Source: an uncultured Actinomycetota bacterium
GTDB taxonomy: Bacteria; Actinomycetota; Actinomycetes; DATJPE01
NCBI GenBank assembly: GCA_963805505.1
Contig: CAWDUP010000004.1
Coordinates: forward strand, 189,382 to 253,381
Reading direction: 5' to 3'
Length of the DNA stretch: 64,000 bases
Shown here: positions 10,695 through 20,626 of the stretch, piece after piece
Layout: each line of letters begins with the position of its first letter
How positions within the stretch are numbered: the first letter of the stretch is position 1
Position numbers and translations under genes: made by a program
The notes under the pieces: model-generated
Told to the model about the DNA's origin: nothing
Database searches by the model: none
Seen by the model: only the letters and a program-made list of their open reading frames with translations

Positions 10695-11711
10695 ATGACC
10701 GAGACGCCAGATCGCAACCTCGCCCTCGAGCTGGTCCGGGTCACCGAGGCAGCGGCCATGGCCGCAGGTCGGTGGGTGGGGCGCGGCGACAAGCTCGGTG
10801 CCGATGGGGCGGCTGTCAACGCCATGCGGCAGCTGATCTCTTCGGTATCGATGAACGGGATCGTGGTGATCGGCGAGGGCGAGAAGGACGCAGCGCCCAT
10901 GTTGTTCAACGGGGAGCACGTCGGCGACGGCTCCGGTCCACCCTGCGATGTGGCCGTCGACCCGATCGACGGGACCACCCTGTGCGCCAAGGGCATGAGC
11001 AATGCCTTGGCCGTCATGGCCGTTGCCGAACGAGGCACGATGTTCGACCCGTCGGCGGTCTTCTACATGGACAAGCTGGTCACCGGCGCTGCTGCTGCCT
11101 CAACGGTGGACATCAACGCGCCTGTCGCAGACAACGTCCGCGCGGTCGCGAAGGCCAAGGGGGAGAGCACCGACGACGTGACCGTGTGTGTCCTCGACCG
11201 CCCGCGGCACGACGGGATCGTTAGCGAGATCCGCGCGACCGGAGCACGGATCAGGTTCATCAGCGACGGTGATGTGGCCGGAGCGATCATGGCGGCCCGC
11301 GACGGCACCGGGATCGACCTGCTCGTCGGAATCGGCGGTACGCCCGAGGGAATCATCGCGGCTTGCGCGATGAAATGCCTCGGCGGCGTGATCCAGGCCA
11401 AGCTGTGGCCGCGCGACGCAGACGAGCGCATCAAGGCTCTTGACGCCGGCCACGACCTGTCCCGCGTGCTCATGACCGAGGATCTGGTGACCGGGAAGGA
11501 CGTCTTCTTCGTTGCCACCGGCATCACCGACGGCGAGATGTTGCGAGGTGTCCGCTACCGCTCAGGCGGAGCCCAGACCCACTCCCTGGTGATGCGCTCA
11601 CGAAGCGGAACCATCCGGCTCATCGAGAGCGAACATCACCTCGACAAGCTCCGGCACTACGCCGCCGTGGACTTCGAGCACTCCGAGTCCGAGGCACGTG
11701 GCCATGGCTGA
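10695..11711 (+). CDS. glpX: class II fructose-1,6-bisphosphatase GlpX
   Basis: 338 aa with GlpX motifs ([35 protein letters not shown]). Confidence 0.95.
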   Translation: MTETPDRNLALELVRVTEAAAMAAGRWVGRGDKLGADGAAVNAMRQLISSVSMNGIVVIGEGEKDAAPMLFNGEHVGDGSGPPCDVAVDPIDGTTLCAKGMSNALAVMAVAERGTMFDPSAVFYMDKLVTGAAAASTVDINAPVADNVRAVAKAKGESTDDVTVCVLDRPRHDGIVSEIRATGARIRFISDGDVAGAIMAARDGTGIDLLVGIGGTPEGIIAACAMKCLGGVIQAKLWPRDADERIKALDAGHDLSRVLMTEDLVTGKDVFFVATGITDGEMLRGVRYRSGGAQTHSLVMRSRSGTIRLIESEHHLDKLRHYAAVDFEHSESEARGHG

Positions 11712-13383
11712 CTTCGCGTACTCAGATCTGCTTCCGGTCGGCGACGACGAGACGCCGTACCGCCTCATCACCACCGAGGGCGTCTCCACGGTGGAAGCGG
11801 CCGGACGCAGATTCCTGTCCGTCGAACCGGAAGTGCTGCGGCTGCTGACCTTTGAGGCGATGCACGACATCTCGCATCTCCTACGGCCGGCGCACCTGGC
11901 TCAGCTTCGACGCATCCTGGACGATCCCGAGGCATCGCCCAACGACCGATTCGTGGCCCTTGACCTGCTCAAGAACGCCAACATCTCAGCCGGCGGCGTG
12001 CTGCCCATGTGCCAAGACACCGGGACCGCTGTCGTGATGGGCAAGAGGGGCCAGCACGTCCTGACCGAGGGTTCTGACGAGGCAGCCATCAGCCGCGGGG
12101 TGTTCGATGCCTACGCCCAGCTCAACCTTCGGTACTCCCAGATGGCGCCGTTGACGATGTGGGAAGAGCGCAACACCGGGACGAACCTCCCGGCGCAGGT
12201 CGAGATCTACGCGGACACGACTCCAGGGCACGAGGCCAGCTACACGTTGCTGTTCATGGCCAAGGGAGGTGGATCGGCCAACAAGTCCTTCCTGTTCCAG
12301 GAGACGAAGGCGGTGCTCAACCCCACCCGTTTGATGACCTACCTCGAGGAGCGCATCCGCGCCCTGGGAACCGCGGCATGCCCGCCCTACCACCTGGCCA
12401 TCGTGATCGGCGGTACGTCGGCTGAGTTCGCCTTGAAGACCGCGAAGTATGCCTCGGCCCACTACCTCGATCAGCTCCCCAAGGCGGGCTCCGAGGTCGG
12501 GCACGGCTTCCGGGACCACGAGCTCGAGGCCGAGGTTCTTGCCTTGACCCAGCGCCTCGGGATCGGCGCGCAGTTCGGCGGGAAGTACTTCTGCCACGAC
12601 GTACGCGTCGTTCGCCTTCCGCGCCATGGAGCATCGCTGCCCATCGCCATCGCGGTCTCGTGCTCGGCCGACCGCCAGGCGAAGGGCAAGATCACCCCGG
12701 AAGGGGTCTTTCTCGAGGCCCTCGAGCGCGAACCCGCTCAGTACTTGCCTGAGGTCACCGACGAGCACCTCGACGACGGACTCGGCGAAGCCGTACCCGT
12801 CGATCTGCATCGGCCGATGTCCGAGATTCGAGCTGAGCTGTCTCGCTATCCGGTGAAGACCCGGCTGTCGCTGAGTGGCCCGATGGTGGTGGCTCGCGAC
12901 ATCGCCCACGCCAAGATCCAGGAGCGGCTGGACGCTGGTGGGAGCATGCCCGACTACCTGCGCGACATGTGCGTCTACTACGCGGGTCCCGCGAAGACTC
13001 CCGAGGGCTATGCATCAGGTTCCTTCGGGCCGACGACGGCCGGCCGGATGGACTCCTACGTCGACTCCTTCCAACGCGCCGGTGGGTCGTTCGTCATGCT
13101 GGCCAAGGGGAATCGCTCGACCGCCGTCACGCAGGCCTGCCACGAGCACGGCGGGTTCTACCTCGGATCCATCGGTGGTCCAGCAGCCCGCTTGGCCCTC
13201 GACTGCATCCGCCGTGTCGAGGTCCTCGAATACCCAGAGCTCGGGATGGAAGCCATCTGGCAGATCGAGGTCGAGGACTTCCCCGCCTTCATCGTGGTCG
13301 ACGACAAGGGCAACGACTTCTTCACCGATCCTTCGCCCGCCCCGATCATCACCCATGTCCCGGTGGGTCCCCCGCAGCCCTGA
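11698..13383 (+). CDS. class I (Fe-S) fumarate hydratase, FumA/FumB type
   Basis: 561 aa; [20 protein letters not shown] and the overall layout fit class I fumarases. The start is GTG 11698 or ATG 11704. Confidence 0.9.
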   Translation: MAMADFAYSDLLPVGDDETPYRLITTEGVSTVEAAGRRFLSVEPEVLRLLTFEAMHDISHLLRPAHLAQLRRILDDPEASPNDRFVALDLLKNANISAGGVLPMCQDTGTAVVMGKRGQHVLTEGSDEAAISRGVFDAYAQLNLRYSQMAPLTMWEERNTGTNLPAQVEIYADTTPGHEASYTLLFMAKGGGSANKSFLFQETKAVLNPTRLMTYLEERIRALGTAACPPYHLAIVIGGTSAEFALKTAKYASAHYLDQLPKAGSEVGHGFRDHELEAEVLALTQRLGIGAQFGGKYFCHDVRVVRLPRHGASLPIAIAVSCSADRQAKGKITPEGVFLEALEREPAQYLPEVTDEHLDDGLGEAVPVDLHRPMSEIRAELSRYPVKTRLSLSGPMVVARDIAHAKIQERLDAGGSMPDYLRDMCVYYAGPAKTPEGYASGSFGPTTAGRMDSYVDSFQRAGGSFVMLAKGNRSTAVTQACHEHGGFYLGSIGGPAARLALDCIRRVEVLEYPELGMEAIWQIEVEDFPAFIVVDDKGNDFFTDPSPAPIITHVPVGPPQP

Positions 13384-13387
13384 CTCC

Positions 13388-14413
13388 TCACGTTGCGTCC
13401 GACCAAGTGAGGGCTATTGGCCACGCTTCCTCGGACGTAAGCCTCCGGGCCAGCCAGCGGTGACCAAGGCGCGTTCGACCTGGTCGAGGAAGGGTTCCGG
13501 ATCGGTGCGCAGCGCAAGGACAGGGACCCGGAGCACGGTACGGCCATCGAGGGTTACCTCGTTCTGGCGGAAGGCGTCCGGCAGGTGGGCAACGACATCC
13601 AGGTGCTGAACCCCGTCGATCTCCACAACTAGGCGGAAGTCGTCCCAGCAGACATCGAGGTAGACGCGCCCACTTGGGAGGCGAACCACGCGCTGGCGGG
13701 TTGGGGGTGGGAGTCCTCGGCGGCGACACATGCCGAGCGAAGTCAAGCTCCCCCAGGGACTGGGCTCCTTCGCGGACATCGGCGACGACGGCGCGCAACA
13801 GTCTCCGCCTCGGATGCCGCACCACGCGATCCAGCGCAGTCGAGATGGCCTCAGCAGTGGTGATCCGCTGCTGCACCGGTGCCACGATCAGCAATGCGGC
13901 CTCCCGGTCGGATCGCGCCCAAAGAGCCGCGAACAAAGCTGCAGGGGCAGGGCGCAACCGCGGCAGCGTGCTGACCGCGATGTCTTCTGGGCGAAGCCGC
14001 CGGGTCTCGTAGACCCGGACGCCGCGTGCTCCGCGCGGCCGACATGACTTCGGCGCGGCCACCTGGATCCGGTCGGAGCCGATGCCACGCAGGCCGTACG
14101 ACTCGAGCGCCGAAACACCTCCGAGCAACGCACCCGGGCCGACCTCGAGGACCGCCCGCCACCATTCGGTTTCAAGGCTTGGCCCCTGCGGGAGGATCAA
14201 GACAGTCTCAGGGCCGAGGCGCTTCCACCGGTCGGCGCGCACCTGTGCCGACACCTGCCAACGGGTCATGCCAGCGGCGTACAGCTGGCGCCGGTGAACG
14301 ACTCCGCCCTGATCCGCCGCCAACCGCTCGACCTCGGCCCGCCGGCGGATGCGGGCGGCAGCCGTCGCAGCCGTTGGCAGGGGACGCGCGGGGGCAAGCA
14401 CAGGCCTAGGCAT
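13388..14413 (-). pseudogene. DUF559 (endonuclease-like) / AbiEi-antitoxin-like family gene disrupted by a +1 frameshift
   Basis: The AbiEi-like N-terminal domain runs in frame 13388..14413 up to ...LGELDFAR. The DUF559 motif (MCRRRGLP...RVYLDVCWDDFRLVVEIDGVQH) continues in the overlapping ORF 13414..13779, offset by one extra nucleotide near 13732. Confidence 0.7.
13390..13443. repeat. copy A of a ~50-bp palindromic intergenic repeat (ttgcgtccgacc..ataggccac..tcggacgcaa family)
   Basis: Seen directly. It aligns with the copies at 14497-14555 (inverted) and 28048-28100, and lies between the fumA-type and DUF559 stops. Confidence 0.5.
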
Positions 14414-14496
14414 GACGCCACGCTCGAGTGGGCGAGCCCCGATCTGAACCGCCCGACGGCAACCTGAGGACGCACACCACCTGGGGACAACCTCTC

Positions 14497-14555
14497 GACT
14501 CCTTGCGTCCGAGCCAGCGTGGCCTATTGCGCACCTTGGGTCGGACGCAAAGGAT
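14497..14555. repeat. copy B (inverted) of the palindromic repeat, in the fumC 5-prime UTR
   Basis: ccttgcgtccgagccagcgtggcctattgcgcaccttgggtcggacgcaa; it ends 7 nt before the fumC RBS (AAGGA). Confidence 0.5.
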
Positions 14556-14561
14556 GACTAG

Positions 14562-15968
14562 ATGGCCGAGCAATCCTCGACACGGACCGAACGGGACTCG
14601 CTGGGTCCGGTGGAGGTCCCGGCTGACGCGCTGTGGCAGGCCCAGACCCAGCGTGCCGTCGACAACTTCCCGGTCAGCGGGCAGCCGGTCCCGTCAGCCA
14701 TCGTTCGCGCTCTTGCGCGGATCAAAGCTGCCGCCGCCACAGCGAACCTGCGACTGGGGGTCATCGACGAGGAGTCAGCCAAGGCGGTGCGAACGGCTGC
14801 CCTCGAAGTCGCCGACGGACTCCATGCCGACCAGTTCCCCGTCGATGTGTTCCAGACAGGAAGCGGCACGTCGACGAACATGAACGTCAACGAGGTGGTC
14901 GCGACTCTCGCGGGTCGGCTGGTCGGCCGCTCGATCCACCCCAACAACGTGGTCAACGCCAGCCAGTCCAGCAACGACACGTTCCCCACGGCCGTGCACG
15001 TGGCCGTGGCCGCGACCGTGGCCGACGAGCTCGTCCCTGCACTGGACGCCCTGGCCGCGCGACTTCGGGAGCGCGCCGACGAGTACGTCGATCTGGTCAA
15101 GGCCGGTCGCACCCACCTCATGGATGCCACGCCGATCACCTTCGGTCAGGAGCTCGGCGCCTGGGCGAGCCAGGTCGAGCTGGGCCGTGATCGAATCCTC
15201 GGCTCGCTCCCGCGACTGTGCTCGCTGCCCCTGGGCGGCACTGCTGTCGGCTCCGGGCTGAACGCGCCCGAGGGCTTCGCAGCTGCCGTGATCGCCGAGC
15301 TGGCGGAGGCGTACGGGCTTCCGCTGGTCGAAGCCACCGACCACTTCGAAGCGCAGGCGAGTCGAGACTCACTCGTGGAGATGTCTGGGCAGGTGCGCGT
15401 TGTGGCTGTGTCGCTCACCAAGATCTGCAACGACCTGAGGTGGCTCGGTTCTGGACCAGCGACCGGGCTGCACGAGATCCAGCTGGCAGATCTCCAACCC
15501 GGGTCATCGATCATGCCGGGCAAGGTCAATCCCGTGGTGCCGGAGGCGGTCCTCCAGGTGTGTACCCAGGTGGTCGGCAACGATGCCGCAGTCGCGTGGG
15601 CTGGCGCCTCCGGGTCCTTCCAGCTCAACGTGCAGATCCCGGTCATGGCCCGCAACCTCATGGAGTCGGCTCAGTTGCTCGCGTCGGCCGTACGGCTGCT
15701 GCAGGGCGCCATCTCCACGCTGCGGGCCAACGAGCAGGTGATGCGCTCCTACGCGGAGGCTTCCTCCGCGGTCGTGACCGCGCTCAACCGGCTGTTGGGC
15801 TATGACCTGGCAGCCGAGATCGCCAAACAGGCCCAGGTCGAACGGCGCGCCGTTCGCGACATCATCGTCGAGCGCGGACTGATCGCCGACGGTACGGTCA
15901 GCGAGGCCGAGGTGGATGCCGCACTCGATGTCCTTGCCATGACCGGCGCCAAACGCAACAACGGGTGA
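14562..15968 (+). CDS. fumC: class II fumarate hydratase
   Basis: 468 aa with the lyase signature [11 protein letters not shown], and it aligns along its length with FumC/aspartase-family proteins. Confidence 0.95.
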   Translation: MAEQSSTRTERDSLGPVEVPADALWQAQTQRAVDNFPVSGQPVPSAIVRALARIKAAAATANLRLGVIDEESAKAVRTAALEVADGLHADQFPVDVFQTGSGTSTNMNVNEVVATLAGRLVGRSIHPNNVVNASQSSNDTFPTAVHVAVAATVADELVPALDALAARLRERADEYVDLVKAGRTHLMDATPITFGQELGAWASQVELGRDRILGSLPRLCSLPLGGTAVGSGLNAPEGFAAAVIAELAEAYGLPLVEATDHFEAQASRDSLVEMSGQVRVVAVSLTKICNDLRWLGSGPATGLHEIQLADLQPGSSIMPGKVNPVVPEAVLQVCTQVVGNDAAVAWAGASGSFQLNVQIPVMARNLMESAQLLASAVRLLQGAISTLRANEQVMRSYAEASSAVVTALNRLLGYDLAAEIAKQAQVERRAVRDIIVERGLIADGTVSEAEVDAALDVLAMTGAKRNNG

Positions 15969-16014
15969 GGGCGAAGAATTCTGCCCGAGGCAGCTCCAGG
16001 GCGACCTGGGTCCG

Positions 16015-18162
16015 CTACGACGAAGGCGCGGGGTCGCCGCGCTGGCTCCGGGGGGGCAGGTCGGTGCGGTGGCCCAGGTTCTCGAGCCAACCGACGAGCT
16101 GGCCGTGCACCGCCTCGGCTCCGATGAGCGGCTCGTCGATGGGCCAGCCGGCCGGGTGCACCAGGATCGGCTCGGTCTGCCAGCCGCCGACGCCGCCGTG
16201 GCAACCGACCAGCTCCTCGAAGGCTGCGACCTCGAGGCTGTCCGGGTCGAACACGGAATTCAGGTAGAGGTCCGGGGCGTTGCTGAAGCTCCCCGCACGG
16301 GCGAAGTCCGCTGCCGCGCGCTCGGCTTGGTCACCGAAGATGGCGAAGGGGTCGATGCCCTCGACCTCGCCGGAGGCGAGGATGCGAACCCCATCGCTGC
16401 CCAGGGCCACGAGCCCATCGGCGTCCGACATGGCGACCAGGACTGAGATCCCAGGGTGCTGAGCCAGGTTGAGCACGAGTCCCGGCCAGCGCGCTTCGAT
16501 GTCTTCGATGGTCAGGCGCCCCGGCTCACGAGCAAACCAGACGAGCCCCAGGTTGCCCGAGCCGGCGACCACGAGCTCCGGGCGCTCTTCGGCATCGTCG
16601 TTGGCCCGGGCTCTTGGCCCCAGCGAGACCGCCCCGTCCTCCTGCCGACCCTTGACGACCGCGCGGGTGACCGACGCGGAGAAGCTGGACTGGCTCGACA
16701 GGTCAGACAAGAAGATGTTCAGGGGTCCCCAGTCCTCATCGTTCCCCGTCGCTGCGGCCACCCCGTCGGCCCCGCCCATCAGGTCACGGACGGTGTCCTC
16801 CAGCGATACGCCGTACCGCTGCAAGAACGTAGAACCTTGACTCTGGCCGTGGTCGGACAAGACGACAAAGTGGTACGGCCGGGGGGCGAGTTCGGCAATC
16901 TTCTCGAGCATCCCGATGACCTTGTCGACACCCTCCATCGAACGAAGGGACTCCTCGCGGGCGACGCCGGCATGATGGGCCACCTCGTCGTAGTCGAGGT
17001 AGTCGGCATAGAGCACCTTGGCGCCCTTGAGCATCTGCTCGGTCATCAGTGCCGTGATCAGGTCACGCTGGATCACATTCGTGATCCCACGCAAAGCGAT
17101 GTAGGAGCCGTGCCTGTGGATGCGCGGTTGGATGTCTCGGGAAACCTGACGCCGACCCTGAAACCATTCCTTGACCATCTCGCCGATGGTTCGAAACAGC
17201 GAGCGGCTGAAGCCGTACGGCGTCGCGAAGAAGGCTCCGTAGTCCCCCGAGCTGCCGATGCCTTGGCGGCGATCCTTGCCGAAGCTGCTCATCGTCAGCA
17301 TCGAGGTCGGTGCGTCGCCACTGAACAGGTTGCTGACACTGACACCACCATCGGCAAGCAGCCCGTGCCCGTCAGAAATGCGCGCCTCGATGACCGCTGC
17401 ATCGGGAGGGTGGTTGGCCACAAGCAGCCGCCCGGCCTGCTTCTCGTACCAGCGGAAGGCGGGCATGTCCTCGGTGTAGCCGTGCAGAATGCCCGCCTGG
17501 CTGATCGGCGTCGTGCTCGGCACCCGCGCGGTCCACCCGTCCAGGGCATGGCTTCCTTGCCTGATCCACCGGCTGATCGTGGGGACTGTTCCATTCATCA
17601 CCGCGAAGCGCAGGAGGGGCAGGGGGACGCCGTCCAGCTGGATGATGACGAGCCCCGGAACCTCGGTGCGCTCCACGGGTTGTTGTCGCCGACGGACGGT
17701 TCGCACGACATGGGCCAGAAAGACTTCGTCCTCATCGACAGAGTCCAAGAAGCCCACGGCGGTCGCGACCAGGGAGGCGAGCCAAGCCGCAGCAAAGACC
17801 GACCACAGCGACGTGTAGGAGACATCGCGAGCAAGCACGATCGCCACCCAGAGGATGACCGACTGGGCGAACAGCGCCAGGATGAAGATTCCGACCCATC
17901 CAAGAGCGAGGGCCAGCCGATTCAGCAGCGGACGGATGACCAGGCCCACCAGGCCGACGACCAGCGCCAGTCCCACGATCGATCCGAAGCCGTCGTAGTC
18001 GAGGCCCGGGACGACGGCGAAGGCCACCCACAGAGACAACGCGGTGACGAGCCAGGTCCAAAGCAGGCCGCGAATGCGTGGCCAGACCCCATGTCTGGCT
18101 CCTCGCACGAGAGTCGCGCCATGCGCTACGGACTCGCGTGCCGCGCTGGTCTGCTCCGACAT
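16015..18162 (-). CDS. membrane-anchored alkaline phosphatase-superfamily protein (N-terminal holin-like 4-TM domain fused to an AlkP-core phosphodiesterase/pyrophosphatase-like domain)
   Basis: 715 aa. The N-terminal TM block (GLVGLVIRPLLNRLALALGWVGIFILALF) resembles the phage-holin/DUF360 family. The C-terminal 550 aa resemble type I phosphodiesterase / nucleotide pyrophosphatase proteins. Confidence 0.75.
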   Translation of the reverse strand: MSEQTSAARESVAHGATLVRGARHGVWPRIRGLLWTWLVTALSLWVAFAVVPGLDYDGFGSIVGLALVVGLVGLVIRPLLNRLALALGWVGIFILALFAQSVILWVAIVLARDVSYTSLWSVFAAAWLASLVATAVGFLDSVDEDEVFLAHVVRTVRRRQQPVERTEVPGLVIIQLDGVPLPLLRFAVMNGTVPTISRWIRQGSHALDGWTARVPSTTPISQAGILHGYTEDMPAFRWYEKQAGRLLVANHPPDAAVIEARISDGHGLLADGGVSVSNLFSGDAPTSMLTMSSFGKDRRQGIGSSGDYGAFFATPYGFSRSLFRTIGEMVKEWFQGRRQVSRDIQPRIHRHGSYIALRGITNVIQRDLITALMTEQMLKGAKVLYADYLDYDEVAHHAGVAREESLRSMEGVDKVIGMLEKIAELAPRPYHFVVLSDHGQSQGSTFLQRYGVSLEDTVRDLMGGADGVAAATGNDEDWGPLNIFLSDLSSQSSFSASVTRAVVKGRQEDGAVSLGPRARANDDAEERPELVVAGSGNLGLVWFAREPGRLTIEDIEARWPGLVLNLAQHPGISVLVAMSDADGLVALGSDGVRILASGEVEGIDPFAIFGDQAERAAADFARAGSFSNAPDLYLNSVFDPDSLEVAAFEELVGCHGGVGGWQTEPILVHPAGWPIDEPLIGAEAVHGQLVGWLENLGHRTDLPPRSQRGDPAPSS

Positions 18163-18177
18163 CGGCGACGTGTCTCC

Positions 18178-18945
18178 CTACGGGGTGAAGGTCACCCGCT
18201 GGCCGGGCGGCGTGTGCAGGACCTGAACGGGGATCTCGAGCTCCTTCACCGCACTGCTGAAGGCTCGAGGGGGATCGTAGAGGCGCGACGGCAGGGCGTG
18301 CCGCAATCCGTAGGGAAACAGCGTGCCCCAGTGCACAGGGACAGCGAACCGGGCGCCGAGAATCCCAGCCGCCTGGGCTGCTCGGTGCGGGTTCAGATGC
18401 CCGGGACCGAGGTTTGGGCCCCATCCCCAGACCGGTAGCAGTGCAACATCCACCTCGTCGGCGAGATCGGCCATCGCCGGAAAGATGTCGGTGTCGCCCG
18501 CGAAGTAGACGCAGGTCTCCCCTGCTTCGAGCACGAAACCGAGTGCATCCGCCCGCGGGCCCCACGGCTCCCGCTTGCCGTCATGGACAGCGTTGACCGC
18601 CCGCACAGTCAACTCGCCATCGACGAAGCACTCGCCAACGGTGAGCTCGTGGACCTCATTGAAACCCTTGCCACGTAACCATGTTCCGGCACCTGCGGGC
18701 ACGAGGATGGGCACATCGGGGCCGACCAGGCGCAAGGAGGGTACGTCGCAATGGTCGTGGTGGAGGTGGCTCAGCAGGACGAGGTCGATGTCAGCGAACA
18801 GCGACGGTGGCACAGGCATGGAGAGCCGAGTCAGGAACGTGACGTGCTGTCGCAGCACTGGATCCGTGAGAACCCGTCGCCCACCGATGCTCAGCAGCAC
18901 GGTGCTGTGCCCCAGGAATGTCAACGCGGGCAACGTCTGGACCAC
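18178..18945 (-). CDS. MBL-fold metallo-hydrolase
   Basis: HLHHDHCD metal-binding motif; 255 aa. Confidence 0.8.
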   Translation of the reverse strand: MVQTLPALTFLGHSTVLLSIGGRRVLTDPVLRQHVTFLTRLSMPVPPSLFADIDLVLLSHLHHDHCDVPSLRLVGPDVPILVPAGAGTWLRGKGFNEVHELTVGECFVDGELTVRAVNAVHDGKREPWGPRADALGFVLEAGETCVYFAGDTDIFPAMADLADEVDVALLPVWGWGPNLGPGHLNPHRAAQAAGILGARFAVPVHWGTLFPYGLRHALPSRLYDPPRAFSSAVKELEIPVQVLHTPPGQRVTFTP

Positions 18946-19084
18946 CGCCCGACCTTAGTCGGTGGACATCTGCCCCGCCCCTCACTCTGGGGGGTGAGAC
19001 GGGAGCTGGACCCCTTCCCCTCTCGCGTCGCCAGGTGTATACCGAAGACGTTCAGCGCCCTGAACACTACGGGAGAGGGGATCA

Positions 19085-19876
19085 ATGACCATGCGAAAGA
19101 CAAGGCTCGGGATCGTGGCGGTTGCCGCCGCTGCGGGGGCTCTCGTGCTCGCGGGTGTACCGGCCGCGGCCGGCGTGCACCATTCGCACAAACCCATGAG
19201 GTACACGTGCACAGGCGGCGAGATCCCGTCCGGGCACTACGCCAGCATCACCGTCAAGGGCGAGTGCGCGGTAGCGCCCAACGCCATGATCCGGGTGGAC
19301 GGGAACCTGAAAGTTTGGCCGCACGCGACCTTTGACGCGCAGAGCGCCCCGTCGAAGATCTTCGTTCGCGGCAACGTCTTCGCCGGCCGGGGCTCGCTGC
19401 TAGGGCTCGGCTGCCAACCGCCTTCCTTCACAGGCAACTCGGCGCATGAATGCGCTGTGGACCCGGAGGGGCACTCGCACATCTTCATCAAGGGCAAGGT
19501 CACGGCCATCAACGCGACAGCCGTCCTGCTGAACGGAATCAGGGTCAGAGGCCATGTCCGGGTGATCGGCGGGGGCGACCCGATGATTCCTTGGTCGATC
19601 AAGAACAACGTATTCCGTCGCAACCTCACCGTGATGGGTCAGACCACCGAGTGGGTCGGCGTGCTGTTCAACCGGGTCGGCGGCACCGTCCGGCTGCGCA
19701 ACATCACGCTGCACGACGTTGATCCCGGCGCGCCCGGCGTCTACATCGTGCAGAACACGATCCGCCACAACCTCATCTGCAACAACCTGAGCCCGGGGGT
19801 CTCCGGGGGATTCACTCCCGGGGCGGTCAACGTCGTTGGAGGGCGTGCCACCGGTCAGTGCCGAGACCTGGTCTGA
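19085..19876 (+). CDS. secreted hypothetical protein (possible right-handed beta-helix)
   Basis: Signal peptide MTMRKTRLGIVAVAAAAGALVLAGVPAAAG; repetitive Gly/Asn/Val-rich strands; RBS GGAGAGGGG upstream. Confidence 0.6.
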   Translation: MTMRKTRLGIVAVAAAAGALVLAGVPAAAGVHHSHKPMRYTCTGGEIPSGHYASITVKGECAVAPNAMIRVDGNLKVWPHATFDAQSAPSKIFVRGNVFAGRGSLLGLGCQPPSFTGNSAHECAVDPEGHSHIFIKGKVTAINATAVLLNGIRVRGHVRVIGGGDPMIPWSIKNNVFRRNLTVMGQTTEWVGVLFNRVGGTVRLRNITLHDVDPGAPGVYIVQNTIRHNLICNNLSPGVSGGFTPGAVNVVGGRATGQCRDLV

Positions 19877-19888
19877 TCTCGCTTACAC

Positions 19889-19928
19889 CTGTCCGGCTGC
19901 CACCCCGCTCTGGGTGGCAGCCGGACAG
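19889..19928. terminator. bidirectional intrinsic terminator hairpin between convergent genes
   Basis: Perfect 16-bp stem ctgtccggctgccacc / ggtggcagccggacag with an 8-nt loop, followed by TTGGTT. Confidence 0.6.
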
Positions 19929-19948
19929 TTGGTTCGGATCCGCTGGGA

Positions 19949-20626
19949 TCAGTACCAGCCCTTGGCCAGGAAGGCCGACCACGCACCGCACGGCGTGCCG
20001 TAGCGCTGGCCGACATAGTTCAGGCCCCAGGTGATCTGAGTCTTCGGATTGGTCGCCCAGTCCGACCCAGCCGACGCCATCTTGGATCCGGGCAGCGCCT
20101 GCGGGATTCCGTAGGCACCAGAAGAGTTTGCCGCCCGCTGCGACCAGCCGGACTCACGGGTCCACAGCTTGTCTAGGCAGACGAACTGCGCGTCACCCCA
20201 ACCTCGTGCAGCCGCCATCTGCTTGCCCAGGGCACGATTCGTGCCGGGGCGTACGGCTGCCGCTGCACGTGTCGCGCGTTCCGCAGCGGCCTTCCTGGCG
20301 GCCGCTGCCCGAGCCGCCTCGCGCTTCTCGGCGCGCAACTTGGCTGCCTTCTTCTTGGCCGCCTTCTTCTTGGCCGCCTTCACCTTGGCCACGTGCTTCG
20401 CCTTGGCGATGGCCAACCGGTGGTCAGCGGCGGCGGCCGTGCGAGCTGCTGCCAGGTTCACCATCTCCGGCGCCACCGCGGGGCCGGTCACCGTCGGGCG
20501 GTCGACGGACCCGAAGGCCGTGGTCGTGACCCCGAGCGTGGTGGCGCCGACGAGCATGGCCACAACCACGCTGAAGCGTCGGGTAGCGGTGGACGAACGG
20601 ATCCGCCGCATCGAGATGCGGTACAT
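19949..20626 (-). CDS. secreted protein with Lys/Ala-rich repeats and a C-terminal Apf-like / lytic-transglycosylase-like domain
   Basis: ATG at 20626 with an upstream RBS, then a signal peptide and KKAAK repeats. The C-terminus (GWGDAQFVCLDKLWTRESGWSQRAANSSGAYGIPQALPGS...CGAWSAFLAKGWY) resembles the Apf C-terminal domain. Confidence 0.7.
   Translation of the reverse strand: MYRISMRRIRSSTATRRFSVVVAMLVGATTLGVTTTAFGSVDRPTVTGPAVAPEMVNLAAARTAAAADHRLAIAKAKHVAKVKAAKKKAAKKKAAKLRAEKREAARAAAARKAAAERATRAAAAVRPGTNRALGKQMAAARGWGDAQFVCLDKLWTRESGWSQRAANSSGAYGIPQALPGSKMASAGSDWATNPKTQITWGLNYVGQRYGTPCGAWSAFLAKGWY
20341..20385. repeat. 3 x 15-bp tandem repeat (ggcYgccttcWYctt) inside the Apf-like gene, encoding AAKKK repeats
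   Basis: Seen directly in the nucleotide sequence. Confidence 0.5.

Larger units (their letters stand above)
13390..14555. mobile_element. putative small REP13E12-like element: the DUF559 gene flanked by inverted copies of the palindromic repeat, inserted between two fumarase genes
   Basis: Inference from the flanking inverted repeat copies, the frameshifted cargo gene, and its position interrupting conserved fumA..fumC context. Confidence 0.3.
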
